Shown here: piece after piece, positions 9,406 through 19,086 of the stretch
Layout: each line of letters opens with the position of its first letter
How positions within the stretch are numbered: position 1 is the stretch's first letter
Origin: Candidatus Woesearchaeota archaeon
GTDB lineage: Archaea; Nanobdellota; Nanobdellia; Woesearchaeales; BM511
Assembly (NCBI GenBank): GCA_018221135.1
Contig: JAAOYB010000017.1
Coordinates: forward strand, 1-51,296
Direction: 5' to 3'
Length of the DNA stretch: 51,296 nucleotides
Notes under the pieces: generated by a model
The model's input: the letters and a program-made list of their open reading frames with translations, nothing else
Database searches by the model: none
What the model was told of the DNA's origin: nothing
Position numbers and translations under genes: made by a program

Positions 9406-10002
9406 ATGGTTAAAAAATTACTTGATTTAAAAAAGAAGATGAAAAAGAAACTTCCAAGTTTCACCAGAAAAGACAGTCATAAAAAAAAGAAAATAAGTCG
9501 TGGTGGTTGGAGAAGTCCTAAGGGATTGCATAATAAGATGCGACTTCAAAGAAGAGGACATAAAAGAATAGTTAAGACTGGTTACAGAACACCAATTAGT
9601 ATTAGGGGTTTAAACTCTCAAGGATTAAGAATTATGTGTGTATCAAATCTTGATGAGATAAGAAATATTAACGCAGAAAAAGAATGCGTGGAAATCTCAA
9701 GTACTGTTTCAAAAAAGAAGCTTATAGAAATGCTAGGAATTGCTAAAACAAAAAAAATAGTTGTTTTATCATATAAAGACGTCTCAGAAAAAATTGAGGA
9801 GTTAGAGAAAAGTTTTGAGTCAAGAAAACTTGAAAAGAAGAAAAAACTTACTTCGAGAACTAAGAAAAAAGAAGAAAAAGCCAAGAAGGTCGAAGAAGAA
9901 AGCAAAAAAGAGGAAAAAGAAAAAGAAGTTGATGGCGGCGACGAAGAAAAAAAGGTTGAGGAGAAAAAAGAAAAAGACAAGCTCCTCACAAAAAAACAAT
10001 GA
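9406..10002 (+). CDS. rpl32e: 50S ribosomal protein eL32 with K/E-rich extension
   Basis: PSFTRKD, WRSPKGLHNKMR, GYRTP; synteny. Confidence 0.93.
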   Translation: MVKKLLDLKKKMKKKLPSFTRKDSHKKKKISRGGWRSPKGLHNKMRLQRRGHKRIVKTGYRTPISIRGLNSQGLRIMCVSNLDEIRNINAEKECVEISSTVSKKKLIEMLGIAKTKKIVVLSYKDVSEKIEELEKSFESRKLEKKKKLTSRTKKKEEKAKKVEEESKKEEKEKEVDGGDEEKKVEEKKEKDKLLTKKQ

Positions 10003-10024
10003 GTATGAATGAGTTGATGTTTAT

Positions 10025-10492
10025 ATGAAGCTTAAAAATCAGAAAAGAATCGCGGCGAGCGTTTTTAAAGGCAGCAAAAAAAGAGTTATTTTTGAGACCT
10101 CAAAACTCGAACAAATAAAAGAAGCCATCACCCGGTTCGATATTAGGAACTTAATAACTCAAGGCGTGATTAGCGAGAAGCCAAAAAGAGGAGTTAGTAG
10201 GGGTAGAGCAAGAAAAGTTAACGAGCAAAAAAGAAAAGGAAGAAGAAGCGGCGCGGGTAATAAGAAAGGAACCAGGACTGCTAGGACTCCCAAAAAACTT
10301 GTTTGGATGAATAAGATACGATTACAAAGAAGCTTCCTAAAAGAACTAAAAGAAAAAAAATTAGTTGATGACAAAATTTTTAGAGACTTGTACAGAAAAG
10401 CCAAAGGCGGTTTTTTTAGGAGTAAGCGTCACATAAAACTATACGTAAACGAGCACGGACTAGTAAGAAGTGATGATGATATTAAGAAATAA
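10025..10492 (+). CDS. rpl19e: 50S ribosomal protein eL19
   Basis: QKRIAA, AITRFDIR, SRGRAR, LYRKAKGGFF. Confidence 0.97.
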   Translation: MKLKNQKRIAASVFKGSKKRVIFETSKLEQIKEAITRFDIRNLITQGVISEKPKRGVSRGRARKVNEQKRKGRRSGAGNKKGTRTARTPKKLVWMNKIRLQRSFLKELKEKKLVDDKIFRDLYRKAKGGFFRSKRHIKLYVNEHGLVRSDDDIKK

Positions 10493-10505
10493 TTAAAGAA
10501 AAAAA

Positions 10506-11060
10506 ATGGTTAAGAAAAAAACTCAAGTGGTAATACACCGACGTAAAAGAGAACAAAAAACTAATTATAAGAAGCGACTAGCTCTTCTAAAAAGCAAGAA
10601 GAATCGCCTCGTAATAAAGATTTTTAACAAGCACGTATTAGCTCAGCTAATAAAATATGATCCTAAAGGAGATATCGTTATTGGAAGCGCGTATTCTAAG
10701 GAGTTAGGAAAACTTAGTTGGGATCAAAGCCTTAGCAATACTAGTGCGGCTTACCTCACAGGATTATTATTATCTCAAAAAGTCAAAGAAGAAGAAGCCG
10801 TGCTTGACACAGGGCTTCAAAGAGTTAGTAAAGGCGGGAAAATCTATGCTTGTCTTAAGGGTTGCGTTGATGGAGGATTAATCGTTCCTCACTCAGAAGA
10901 AGTCCTCCCAGCTGAGAACAGGGTAAAAGGAGAGCACGTAGCTAGTTACGCAGCGTTAACTAAGAATAAGAAACAGTTCTCTAAATTAAAGAACACTAAG
11001 AAAATCGTTGAGAACTTTGAGAAAACAAAAAAGAACATACTTAGTAAAGGTGGAAAATGA
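10506..11060 (+). CDS. rpl18: 50S ribosomal protein uL18
   Basis: RRKREQKTNYKKRL, NTSAAYLTG, LDTGL, DGGLIVPH. Confidence 0.97.
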   Translation: MVKKKTQVVIHRRKREQKTNYKKRLALLKSKKNRLVIKIFNKHVLAQLIKYDPKGDIVIGSAYSKELGKLSWDQSLSNTSAAYLTGLLLSQKVKEEEAVLDTGLQRVSKGGKIYACLKGCVDGGLIVPHSEEVLPAENRVKGEHVASYAALTKNKKQFSKLKNTKKIVENFEKTKKNILSKGGK

Positions 11061-11854
11061 GAGAAAACAAATCACAACAAAAAACTGGTAAGCCACAAAC
11101 CAGAAGAAATGATAGGCGTGGTTCAAATATGCCTGTTCAAGAAGTAGTTTGGCATCCTAAAACCAAAATAGGTCTAGAAGTCCAGAAAAAAGAAGTCACT
11201 GATGTTTACGAATTATTAGATAAGGGAACTCCTATATTAGAGCCTGAAATAACTGATATGTTAATCCCTGATGGAGAAACAGATCTTTTACTAATCGGTC
11301 AAAGCAAAGGAAAATTTGGAGGGGGTCAAAAAAGAGTTTTTCGTCAAACTCAAAAAAAGACTCGTGAAGGAAACAAGCCTCGATTCGCTACCATGGCGGT
11401 TTTTGGAAACAAAGATGGAATAGTAGGTATTGGTTATGGAAAAAGCAGAGAAACTGTTCCTGCAAGAGAAAAAGCATACCGAAAAGCTAAGATTAACATT
11501 TTTAAAATTCATAGGGGTTGTGGTAGTTGGCAGTGCGGGTGTGGTAATCCTCACACAGTTCCTTTTAAGGTTAGCGGAAAAGAAGGAAGCGCAGAGATAG
11601 AATTAATCCCTGCTCCTAAAGGTACCGGTCTAATTGTTGAGAAAGAATGCGCAAAAGTATTAGAATTAGCAGGCATCACAGATGTGTGGAGTAAGACTCG
11701 CGGTCAGACCAAGACTAAGATAAACTTGGTTAAAGCTTTAGAAAAAGCATTAAAAATGCTTAGTAAGACAAAAGTAAGACACGAATTATCTGAGAAGCTT
11801 AGAATAACTCAAGGAAGAGCTGAAAAGCAACCTGAGAAAGTCGCAGAGGAATAA
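11057..11854 (+). CDS. rps5: 30S ribosomal protein uS5
   Basis: WHPKTKIG, RGCGSWQCGC, PAPKGTGL, AGITDVW. Confidence 0.97.
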   Translation: MRENKSQQKTGKPQTRRNDRRGSNMPVQEVVWHPKTKIGLEVQKKEVTDVYELLDKGTPILEPEITDMLIPDGETDLLLIGQSKGKFGGGQKRVFRQTQKKTREGNKPRFATMAVFGNKDGIVGIGYGKSRETVPAREKAYRKAKINIFKIHRGCGSWQCGCGNPHTVPFKVSGKEGSAEIELIPAPKGTGLIVEKECAKVLELAGITDVWSKTRGQTKTKINLVKALEKALKMLSKTKVRHELSEKLRITQGRAEKQPEKVAEE

Positions 11855-11859
11855 ATAAG

Positions 11860-12285
11860 ATGAGTGAAAAGCAAAAAAAAGGCGCCGAGAAGAAAAAGGA
11901 AGAAAAACCTAAGACTAAGAAATTAGTTGTTATTAGGATTAGAGGCGTTACGGGCATCAGAAAAGACATAAAAGACACTCTTGACATGCTTCGCCTTTAC
12001 AAAAAACATTTCTGCGTAGTACTAAGAAGTGATAAGCCCACCGTTGGCATGATAAAAAAAGTCAAAGATTACGTTACTTGGGGAGAAATAAGCGAAGAAG
12101 CTCTAAAAGAGTTAAAAAAGAAGAGAGAAGCAAAATACGCTGATAACACGCCTAAACCGTTTTTTAGGCTTCACCCACCAATTGGTGGTTTTGAGAGAAA
12201 AGGCATTAAGAAACCATTCTCGATAGGAGGAGTCCTTGGGGATAGAAAACAAAAAATTGATGATTTACTAAAAAAGATGATGTGA
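11860..12285 (+). CDS. rpl30: 50S ribosomal protein uL30
   Basis: VIRIRG, DTLDMLRL, VKDYVTWGE, FRLHPP. Confidence 0.97.
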   Translation: MSEKQKKGAEKKKEEKPKTKKLVVIRIRGVTGIRKDIKDTLDMLRLYKKHFCVVLRSDKPTVGMIKKVKDYVTWGEISEEALKELKKKREAKYADNTPKPFFRLHPPIGGFERKGIKKPFSIGGVLGDRKQKIDDLLKKMM

Positions 12286-12294
12286 TGGATAAAC

Positions 12295-12834
12295 ATGGTT
12301 ATTAATAAGCGAAAAAAAGTTGTTAAGATGCGCGGAAGCAAAACTCATGGCGGAGGAGCTATGAAGAAGCGAAGAGGCGCAGGGAACCGAGGCGGCCGAG
12401 GAAACGCGGGTAGTGGTAAAAGAGGAGACGCTAAGAAGCCAAGATATAGTAAGAGCAAAGCGTACCGCGAAAAAAATAAGGGGTTCTCATCTCCTTTGAT
12501 TAATAAGAAAGTAAGAACTATTAATTTTGGAGTCATTGAGCAACGACTAGAAAAACTCGTTTTGGATGGCTTCGCTAAGAAAACAAAAGATTCTTACGAA
12601 ATAGATTTGTCAAAGTTCGGCGTTGATAAGCTTCTTGGAAGCGGCGCACCAACTAATAAGTTAATGATTACTGTAAGTACTGCTTCCAAAAACGCTATTA
12701 GCAAAGTAGAAAAAGCAGGCGGAAAAGTAAAGCTTTTAAAACAACCAATACAAAAAGAAGTAAAAGAAGACGTATTAGTTGATGAGAAAAGCGAAGATGA
12801 AATTAGTAAAGAAGAACAAGAAACTAAATCTTAA
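12295..12834 (+). CDS. rpl15: 50S ribosomal protein uL15
   Basis: RGSKTHG, RGAGNRGGRGNAG, KLLGSG, KVEKAGG. Confidence 0.97.
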   Translation: MVINKRKKVVKMRGSKTHGGGAMKKRRGAGNRGGRGNAGSGKRGDAKKPRYSKSKAYREKNKGFSSPLINKKVRTINFGVIEQRLEKLVLDGFAKKTKDSYEIDLSKFGVDKLLGSGAPTNKLMITVSTASKNAISKVEKAGGKVKLLKQPIQKEVKEDVLVDEKSEDEISKEEQETKS

Positions 12835-12880
12835 AAATGATTTTCTTGGTGTTCTTTAATAACTGGGTGAACAAGTAAAG

Positions 12881-14305
12881 ATGACGTTTTTTCAAAAAGT
12901 AATGGATTACTTCCCTGAGATAAAATCTCCTACTGAGAAAAAGCTTGGTTTTAAAGAAAAACTAAAATGGACTTTGCTAGTAATCGTCTTATTCTATGTT
13001 CTCGGCCTCATACCTTTATTTGGTCTTGGAAATAACGCTTTAGAACAATTCGAGATGGTTTCTATAATCTTAGGCGCGGAGTTCGGAAGCATTATGAGCC
13101 TCGGAATCGGCCCCATAGTAACCGCTAGTATTATTTTGCAGTTACTTAACGGAAGCGGAATACTAAAATTTGACATGACTACCAGCGAAGGAAAAAGAAA
13201 CTTTGAAGGTTTCCAAAAAGCTGCGACTTTGTTCTTTATAATATTTGAAGCAATCGTTTATGTTTTTATGGGGGGCTTAGCTCCTGGAAGTTTTTATGAC
13301 CCAGCAACTAACGCGTTTCTTAGCCAAAGCGCTCCTGGTGTCATAGCTCTTGGTGCTAGTGCTTTAGCCTTTGTTAAGTTCGGATTAATCTTTCAGTTAT
13401 TTCTTGGCGGAATCATTGTTATGTTAATGGATGAGCTAACTACTAAATGGGGTTTTGGAAGTGGTGTTAGTTTGTTCATCGCCGCAGGTGTTAGTAAAAG
13501 TGTTATGATACAAGCTTTTAATCCTTTACCTAGCCCTACAAATCCTGGGATTGCTAGCGGGGCAATACCTGCTTTGTTTCAGAGTTTAGCAGCAGGGGAT
13601 CCAACAACAGCGATTTTGATGCTTAGCGCAGTACTTGGTACCATCTTTGTTTTTATGATAAGTGTTTATGCTCAGAGCATGAAAGTAGAAATACCTCTTT
13701 CTATGGGCCGGGTTCGTGGTCACACGATTAGGTGGCCGCTGCAATTCTTATACACCTCTGTGATACCAGTTATCTTAATCGGCGCTTTAATGGCAAATAT
13801 TCAGTTATGGACTCGTCTCTTTGGAGGGGAGAGGGCTAGTTTAGCTATTTCTCCTTGGGTTACCGGCCCCAACATTATCGGCACAATTATTCAGCAAAAA
13901 ACTATTCTTATTGGTGTTATTCCTTACTTGCAAGCACTTGTTTACTTACTCATATTAATGGGCGGATCAGTGGTTTTTGGGATTTTCTGGGTTCAAACAG
14001 CGGGGCTGGATGCTAGAAGCCAGGCTAAGCAGATGATGTCTTCAGGCTTGCAAATCCCTGGTTTTAGAAAAGACCAAAGAATCTTAGAGCGTTTACTTGA
14101 TAGATACATCGGCCCATTAACTGTTATGGGCAGCTTAGGTATTGGTTTCTTGGCTGGAATAGCTGACTTGATGGGAGCTCTTAGTAGAGGAACAGGTATT
14201 TTGCTTACGGTGATGATTGTTTACAAGTTATATGAGGACATCGCTAGGCAGCACTTATATGATATGAATCCTCTTATGAGAAAGTTTATGGGAGGACAAC
14301 AATAA
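12881..14305 (+). CDS. secY: Preprotein translocase subunit SecY
   Basis: LGIGPIVTASIILQLL, KWGFGSGVSLFIAAGV, IPGFR, GTGILLTV; about 10 TM segments. Confidence 0.98.
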   Translation: MTFFQKVMDYFPEIKSPTEKKLGFKEKLKWTLLVIVLFYVLGLIPLFGLGNNALEQFEMVSIILGAEFGSIMSLGIGPIVTASIILQLLNGSGILKFDMTTSEGKRNFEGFQKAATLFFIIFEAIVYVFMGGLAPGSFYDPATNAFLSQSAPGVIALGASALAFVKFGLIFQLFLGGIIVMLMDELTTKWGFGSGVSLFIAAGVSKSVMIQAFNPLPSPTNPGIASGAIPALFQSLAAGDPTTAILMLSAVLGTIFVFMISVYAQSMKVEIPLSMGRVRGHTIRWPLQFLYTSVIPVILIGALMANIQLWTRLFGGERASLAISPWVTGPNIIGTIIQQKTILIGVIPYLQALVYLLILMGGSVVFGIFWVQTAGLDARSQAKQMMSSGLQIPGFRKDQRILERLLDRYIGPLTVMGSLGIGFLAGIADLMGALSRGTGILLTVMIVYKLYEDIARQHLYDMNPLMRKFMGGQQ

Positions 14306-14309
14306 AACC

Positions 14310-15068
14310 ATGGTTTTTGATAACTTATTAAACCCTGTTTTTAATCCTTTGCTAAGTTTTCCTCCTCTTATTAGCATATTAATTATTAGTTTCTTAGTTA
14401 CGCTTATTATCACTATTATTTACAAGTTAGTAACTGATCAGGAAGTGATGAGGACTCTCAAAGCTGACCTTAAGGCTTTTCAGGCTGAGATGAAAAAATT
14501 CAAGGATAACCCTACTAAAGTCTTAGAAGTCCAAAAAAAGGCCATGGAAAAAAACATGCAGTACATGACTCACAGCTTAAAACCAACTTTTTTTACGTTG
14601 ATTCCTATACTAATCATTTTTGGTTGGTTATCATCTCACTTAGCATATCACCCTATCATGCCTGGTGAGGAGTTCGGTGTCACCGCAGAGTTCGCCAAGG
14701 GAAGTATTGGCGAAGCAGTTATTAGTACTCCTAGTGGCTTAATAGTTTTGAGTGAGGAATCTCAGAAAGTTCTTCTAGACGAAGCTGCATGGGTGTTAAA
14801 AGGTGAATCCGCCGGGGATTATAACGTAGTGATTACTTATAATGATCGCGCTTTTGAGAAAAGAGTTATTATAAGCGACGAAAAAGAGTACGCTAATCCC
14901 ATCTTCGAAGTCAAAGATAAGGGCACTAACCTTAAAAGAATCGTTGTTAACTACGAGAAAGTTAGGCCTCTAAACTTGTTTGGGTGGCGAGTTGGCTGGC
15001 TTGGAACCTACATCATATTCTCAATAATTTTTAGCACTGTCCTTAGAAAAATATTGAAACTACACTAA
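14310..15068 (+). CDS. DUF106 / EMC3-TMCO1 (Oxa1 superfamily) membrane insertase
   Basis: TM1, coiled coil, KP-FFTLIP TM2, GWLGTYI TM3; directly downstream of secY. Confidence 0.88.
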   Translation: MVFDNLLNPVFNPLLSFPPLISILIISFLVTLIITIIYKLVTDQEVMRTLKADLKAFQAEMKKFKDNPTKVLEVQKKAMEKNMQYMTHSLKPTFFTLIPILIIFGWLSSHLAYHPIMPGEEFGVTAEFAKGSIGEAVISTPSGLIVLSEESQKVLLDEAAWVLKGESAGDYNVVITYNDRAFEKRVIISDEKEYANPIFEVKDKGTNLKRIVVNYEKVRPLNLFGWRVGWLGTYIIFSIIFSTVLRKILKLH

Positions 15069-17605
15069 GATATTTTTTCTATGTTTTGTTCTAGTTCTTT
15101 TTTGAATCTAGTTAATGTTTTTGGTATGTGTTCTGGTTGTGTTCGAAGAATATCCTTTAATACGCTTAGCACATCTGAGTCACTTCTTTTCTCTGGGTTT
15201 ATATCAAAGATTGATAAATCCTCTACCTTCTTTTTTTTGCTAACTGCTTTTTTTGCTTTCTTCCAAGCCGAGAATAACTGAGTCGCTGCGCTTATGATCT
15301 CATCTCTCTCCACAGATAAAATCCTTTGAGCTTCCACCAAGATGTAATCTTGTGAGTCTTGTGTTTTCTTAGCAGTGCCCCCAGCGGTGAACTCTAATCT
15401 TACTACGCCATCTTGAATCTTTGATGACTTAATTATTTTGATTTCCCCAATTTCTTTTGTGTTATCAAGATGTGTGCCACCACAAGCTTCTACATCCACC
15501 CCTACTACTTCTACTATTCTTATCTCGCTTCCCGGAACGGCTCCTCCTTGGTATATCTCCATGCCGTGACGTGCTTCTGCTGTTTCTCTAGGCATGAAAC
15601 CTTTTTTTATTGGGTGCGCTTCTCTTACGAGCTTGTTTGCTTCTGCTTCTATGAGTTTTAATTCTTTTTCTTTTAAGCTGTCGTAATGTGTTATGTCAAG
15701 CGTTGATTTCTCCATTGTTTTCCTGGCGCCTGCTTGGTATACGTGGCTTCCAAGAATTCTTCTCGCCGCCGCGTTTACTATGTGCGTCGCTGAGTGATGT
15801 TGTGTTAGTTGGAGGCGTCTATCAAAATCGAGGCTTCCGCTGATCATGTCTCCTTTTTTTAGACCATGGTTTTTGTTTAGTCTGTGTATTATGAGGCCTC
15901 CTTGTTTGAAAACATCCAAGACTTCAAAGTCATTTATCCTTCCGATGTCATGGAGTTGCCCTCCGCTTGTAGGGTAATAAAGTGTTTGATCTAAAACTAC
16001 ATATTCATCTTTTACTCCTAAGACTTTTGCTTCAAACTTTGTAAGTTTGTAATCATCAAAATATAACGCGTCAGTATCAGGTAAACCTTTTTCGAACTCG
16101 ATTACTACTTCTTTTTTTGTCGCCGCTGCGCTTCTTTCTTTTTTTGCGTGGAGCTCTGAGACCTTAACATAGAAGTCGTCTGGCACAACTATTTTTTTCC
16201 CGTGTTTTAATGCTTCTTCTTTGATTATCTCAGGACTAATACCATTAGAGTCGTAGAGTTGTAAGAGTAGTTTTTCGTTTATTTCTTGTCGCACGATTTT
16301 TTGGATTATTGTCTTTGCTTTTTCTTTGGTTGCTTCGTACTTGGTTTTTTCTACCTTCAATATTTTTTTTACGTTCTCAAGATTGTTCTTAAGCTCAGGA
16401 AACACAAATTCTAATTCTTTTGCGTGCCACTCAGCGACTTCTCCTAAGTCTACTTTCCATCCGAATTGGTCGATGAAACTTAGTGCTCTTCTAAGAATAA
16501 CCCTTAAGTTATACCCGCCGCCGGTATTACTTGGTAGTGCTCCGTCGCTAAGGGAGACTAGTAATGCTCTTGCGTGCTCTGCTATAGAATAAATAGCTGC
16601 CATTGGCAACACCTTTTTTTTTAGTGTCTCTACGCTTATGCTTAGCTTATCAGCTACTTTTTTCCATTCTGCTTCTATGTTTTCTGATTCATCAACATTA
16701 AGGTATGCGCTGTACCTTGAGAATTCTTTGTATAGTTCGTGGTCCATTTCAGTTTTTGTTTTTTCTCTTAGTTTCTTTAGGACTTTTGGAAATATTGCTT
16801 CGTACATGTTTGGTGTTCCTTGAGAAAACCAAGCGACTCGCTCCATTCCGAGTCCCATATCCAAGACTTTTATTGATAATTCTTTTGATTCCCCGGTTGG
16901 TGTTAATTCGTATAACATGTATACTTGGTTGAATAATTCTACTCCTCGACTGAAGAATTCCATGCATGGCCCATAATTACCTCCTCCTGCCCAAGCGTCT
17001 TCGTGAAGTGTTAATTCGTGTTTTGATAACCCGACGCCTACTGTGATGAAGTCGTACATGTCTTGGAATGCGTCTTCTTGGCTCCACTCCTCTGGTGGCA
17101 CGAATTGGTGTTGTCCTATCATAACAAAGCCTGTGCAGTGACTCCCTGTTATTCCCACGTTGTCTATGTCTCCGAATCTTAAGCAGAACTGAGGTATTAA
17201 GAGTTTCTTCGCAGGGGGTTTTACGTCTCCTGAGATAACGTATGGTTGAAACGCCGCAATTGATGCCAGGGTGTACTCCATCGTGGGGTTCCATCTAGCA
17301 ACTGTGGGATACCTTTTTATTGGCTTGTACCCTCTTGGTTCTAGTACTTCTACTATTTTATCCCAGACCCCACCAAATGATAATTTGTGCTTCGCTGGGG
17401 TTCCGCTTGCTATGTCAAACCCTCCAGAACAAGCAGGGTCTCCGCAGACAACTCGGTCTTGGTGCGTAGTCCAAAAATAGGTTTTGCACTCGCATCTTTT
17501 TCTCATGAACCCTTCTCTTTTTAAGACGGTTGTTGCGTAGTACTCATCCGGATTTTTTGATGCTATTAGTTTGAATTCTTTTTTTAGTTGTTTATCTGAC
17601 TTCAT
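15065..17605 (-). CDS. alaS: Alanine--tRNA ligase (archaeal type)
   Basis: ASIAAFQP, WAGGGNYGP, DMGLGMER, GGGYNLR; editing domain HHSATH and CGGTH. Confidence 0.97.
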   Translation of the reverse strand: MKSDKQLKKEFKLIASKNPDEYYATTVLKREGFMRKRCECKTYFWTTHQDRVVCGDPACSGGFDIASGTPAKHKLSFGGVWDKIVEVLEPRGYKPIKRYPTVARWNPTMEYTLASIAAFQPYVISGDVKPPAKKLLIPQFCLRFGDIDNVGITGSHCTGFVMIGQHQFVPPEEWSQEDAFQDMYDFITVGVGLSKHELTLHEDAWAGGGNYGPCMEFFSRGVELFNQVYMLYELTPTGESKELSIKVLDMGLGMERVAWFSQGTPNMYEAIFPKVLKKLREKTKTEMDHELYKEFSRYSAYLNVDESENIEAEWKKVADKLSISVETLKKKVLPMAAIYSIAEHARALLVSLSDGALPSNTGGGYNLRVILRRALSFIDQFGWKVDLGEVAEWHAKELEFVFPELKNNLENVKKILKVEKTKYEATKEKAKTIIQKIVRQEINEKLLLQLYDSNGISPEIIKEEALKHGKKIVVPDDFYVKVSELHAKKERSAAATKKEVVIEFEKGLPDTDALYFDDYKLTKFEAKVLGVKDEYVVLDQTLYYPTSGGQLHDIGRINDFEVLDVFKQGGLIIHRLNKNHGLKKGDMISGSLDFDRRLQLTQHHSATHIVNAAARRILGSHVYQAGARKTMEKSTLDITHYDSLKEKELKLIEAEANKLVREAHPIKKGFMPRETAEARHGMEIYQGGAVPGSEIRIVEVVGVDVEACGGTHLDNTKEIGEIKIIKSSKIQDGVVRLEFTAGGTAKKTQDSQDYILVEAQRILSVERDEIISAATQLFSAWKKAKKAVSKKKKVEDLSIFDINPEKRSDSDVLSVLKDILRTQPEHIPKTLTRFKKELEQNIEKIS

Positions 17606-17620
17606 CTTTTATTTTGTTAT

Positions 17621-18682
17621 TTATGTGTTATTAATATAGTTTTTTATTCTTCTTAGTCCTTCTTCTATCTTATCTGTTTCTAAAGCGTAACTAAGACGTA
17701 TCCTGTTTGGGCTTCCAAACCACTCACCAAGATATGTTATGACGTCATGGTTTTTGTATAGTTCCCAAACCGTTTTTCTTGGGTTTTTTATTTTTGGAAA
17801 AACATAGAATGCTCCTTCTGGCTTCCACAAATCCAATCCTAGGTCTTGTAGTCCTTTGTATATCGTGTCTCTTCTATTCTCCCACCTAACTCTTTGTTCT
17901 TCTATCACACTTTTTGGTGTTTTTAAGGCTTCTATAGCCATTTGCTGCGCTAAGATATTAGTGTTCATTGAGCTATGCGTCTTGATATCAATTGCTCTTT
18001 TCACTATTGATTTGTCATTTGAGTAAAGGTACCCTATCCTGAATCCACACATACTAAAAGTTTTTGAAAAACTGTTTATTGTAATTACGTGATCACCTGA
18101 TAACATGTAGTTTTCTCTCTCGTAGATTAAATCTTTGTAGACTTCGTCACTTATTATTACTTTGCCTAAGTCTTTGGCGAGTTTCTCTATTTCTTTGAGT
18201 GTTTTTATCTCTTGAATCCTCCCTGTCGGGTTCGAGGGACTGTTTATTAGTATTGCTTTACACTCATGTATTTTTTGTTCTACGTCATCTATTTGTATCC
18301 TGCCACCTATTGTTTCTGTGATTACTGGTTCTATATGGTTTGCTTTTAGTAGCGGTGGGTAAGAGTAGTAGTACGGCGCGTGGATTAAGATTTTGTCCTT
18401 TGGTTTGCATATGCTTCTAAAGGTTAAGTCTATTGCTTCTGATGCTCCGTTTGTTATTACAAAATTGTCTTTGTCTGCGTCTTGATTTAAGAATTCGCTT
18501 CTAAGAGAGTTTCTTAGTTTTTCTTCTCCTTGGATGAGGCCATAAGCAAAGTTCGTGTACTTTGGCAGTATGTCATATATTCCTTTTGGGGGCGGCATGT
18601 CTGGTTGTCCGCTTCCAAAACTTATCAAGTTTTCTTGTTTTATTCCTATAAACATTGATGGGCTGCTTAGTTTATCTGTCAT
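17621..18682 (-). CDS. PLP-dependent class I/II (aspartate-type) aminotransferase
   Basis: GQPD, TNGASEA, NSPSNPTG, DEVY, SFSKTFSMCGFRIG, EGAFY. Confidence 0.93.
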   Translation of the reverse strand: MTDKLSSPSMFIGIKQENLISFGSGQPDMPPPKGIYDILPKYTNFAYGLIQGEEKLRNSLRSEFLNQDADKDNFVITNGASEAIDLTFRSICKPKDKILIHAPYYYSYPPLLKANHIEPVITETIGGRIQIDDVEQKIHECKAILINSPSNPTGRIQEIKTLKEIEKLAKDLGKVIISDEVYKDLIYERENYMLSGDHVITINSFSKTFSMCGFRIGYLYSNDKSIVKRAIDIKTHSSMNTNILAQQMAIEALKTPKSVIEEQRVRWENRRDTIYKGLQDLGLDLWKPEGAFYVFPKIKNPRKTVWELYKNHDVITYLGEWFGSPNRIRLSYALETDKIEEGLRRIKNYINNT

Positions 18683-18770
18683 TTTATTATCACCTTAAAT
18701 AATCCTTATTTTTTCAAAAAAAAAGGGTTTTTTATTTTTTTAACAGGGTTTTAACTATGAAGTAGAATTC

Positions 18771-18815
18771 TTATCCCGCTATTGCGTCTAAGTCACCTGT
18801 TAAGCTTGTTTTCAT
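18771..18815 (-). other. 14-codon leaderless small ORF (MKTSLTGDLDAIAG) within a structured leader of the aminotransferase gene
   Basis: ATG lies ~26 nt downstream of TTTATAAA (18841-18848). It overlaps the 8-bp inverted repeat TTAACAGG/CCTGTTAA (18740-18747/18796-18803). Confidence 0.35.
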
Positions 18816-18972
18816 AATAGTATTTATTTGTTTTTTTTTATTTATAAACTTGTCGAAAATCTTATTTTTTTGCTTGTCGAGAACGCTTTTTTCACTAAGT
18901 GGTGGGTATACTTTTTTGTATACTGGTTTAACTATATTTTATAGGATAGAAAACTATATAAATATGAAAAAT

Positions 18973-19020
18973 CAACAACATATTGATAGTTCATGGGTAT
19001 TCGACCACAACCGGTTGTGG
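18973..19020 (+). promoter_or_regulatory. Tandem NrdR-box-like operators
   Basis: caaCAACATATTGata (18973-18988) and ccaCAACCGGTTGtgg (19005-19020) start 32 bp apart, just downstream of TATATAAA (18955-18962) and upstream of an NrdD-like gene. Confidence 0.65.
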
Positions 19021-19086
19021 TTTGGTCGATTTGTTGTGTGCTCTGGGTAGAGACAAGGATTGGGGAGATGTAGGAGGCAAGTAAAG

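Noticed and set aside
803-13176. Many antisense ORFs (Phe/Ser/Leu-rich) within the ribosomal operon and elsewhere
   Set aside because: Shadows of A-rich Lys/Glu codons on the coding strand; they fully overlap confident genes
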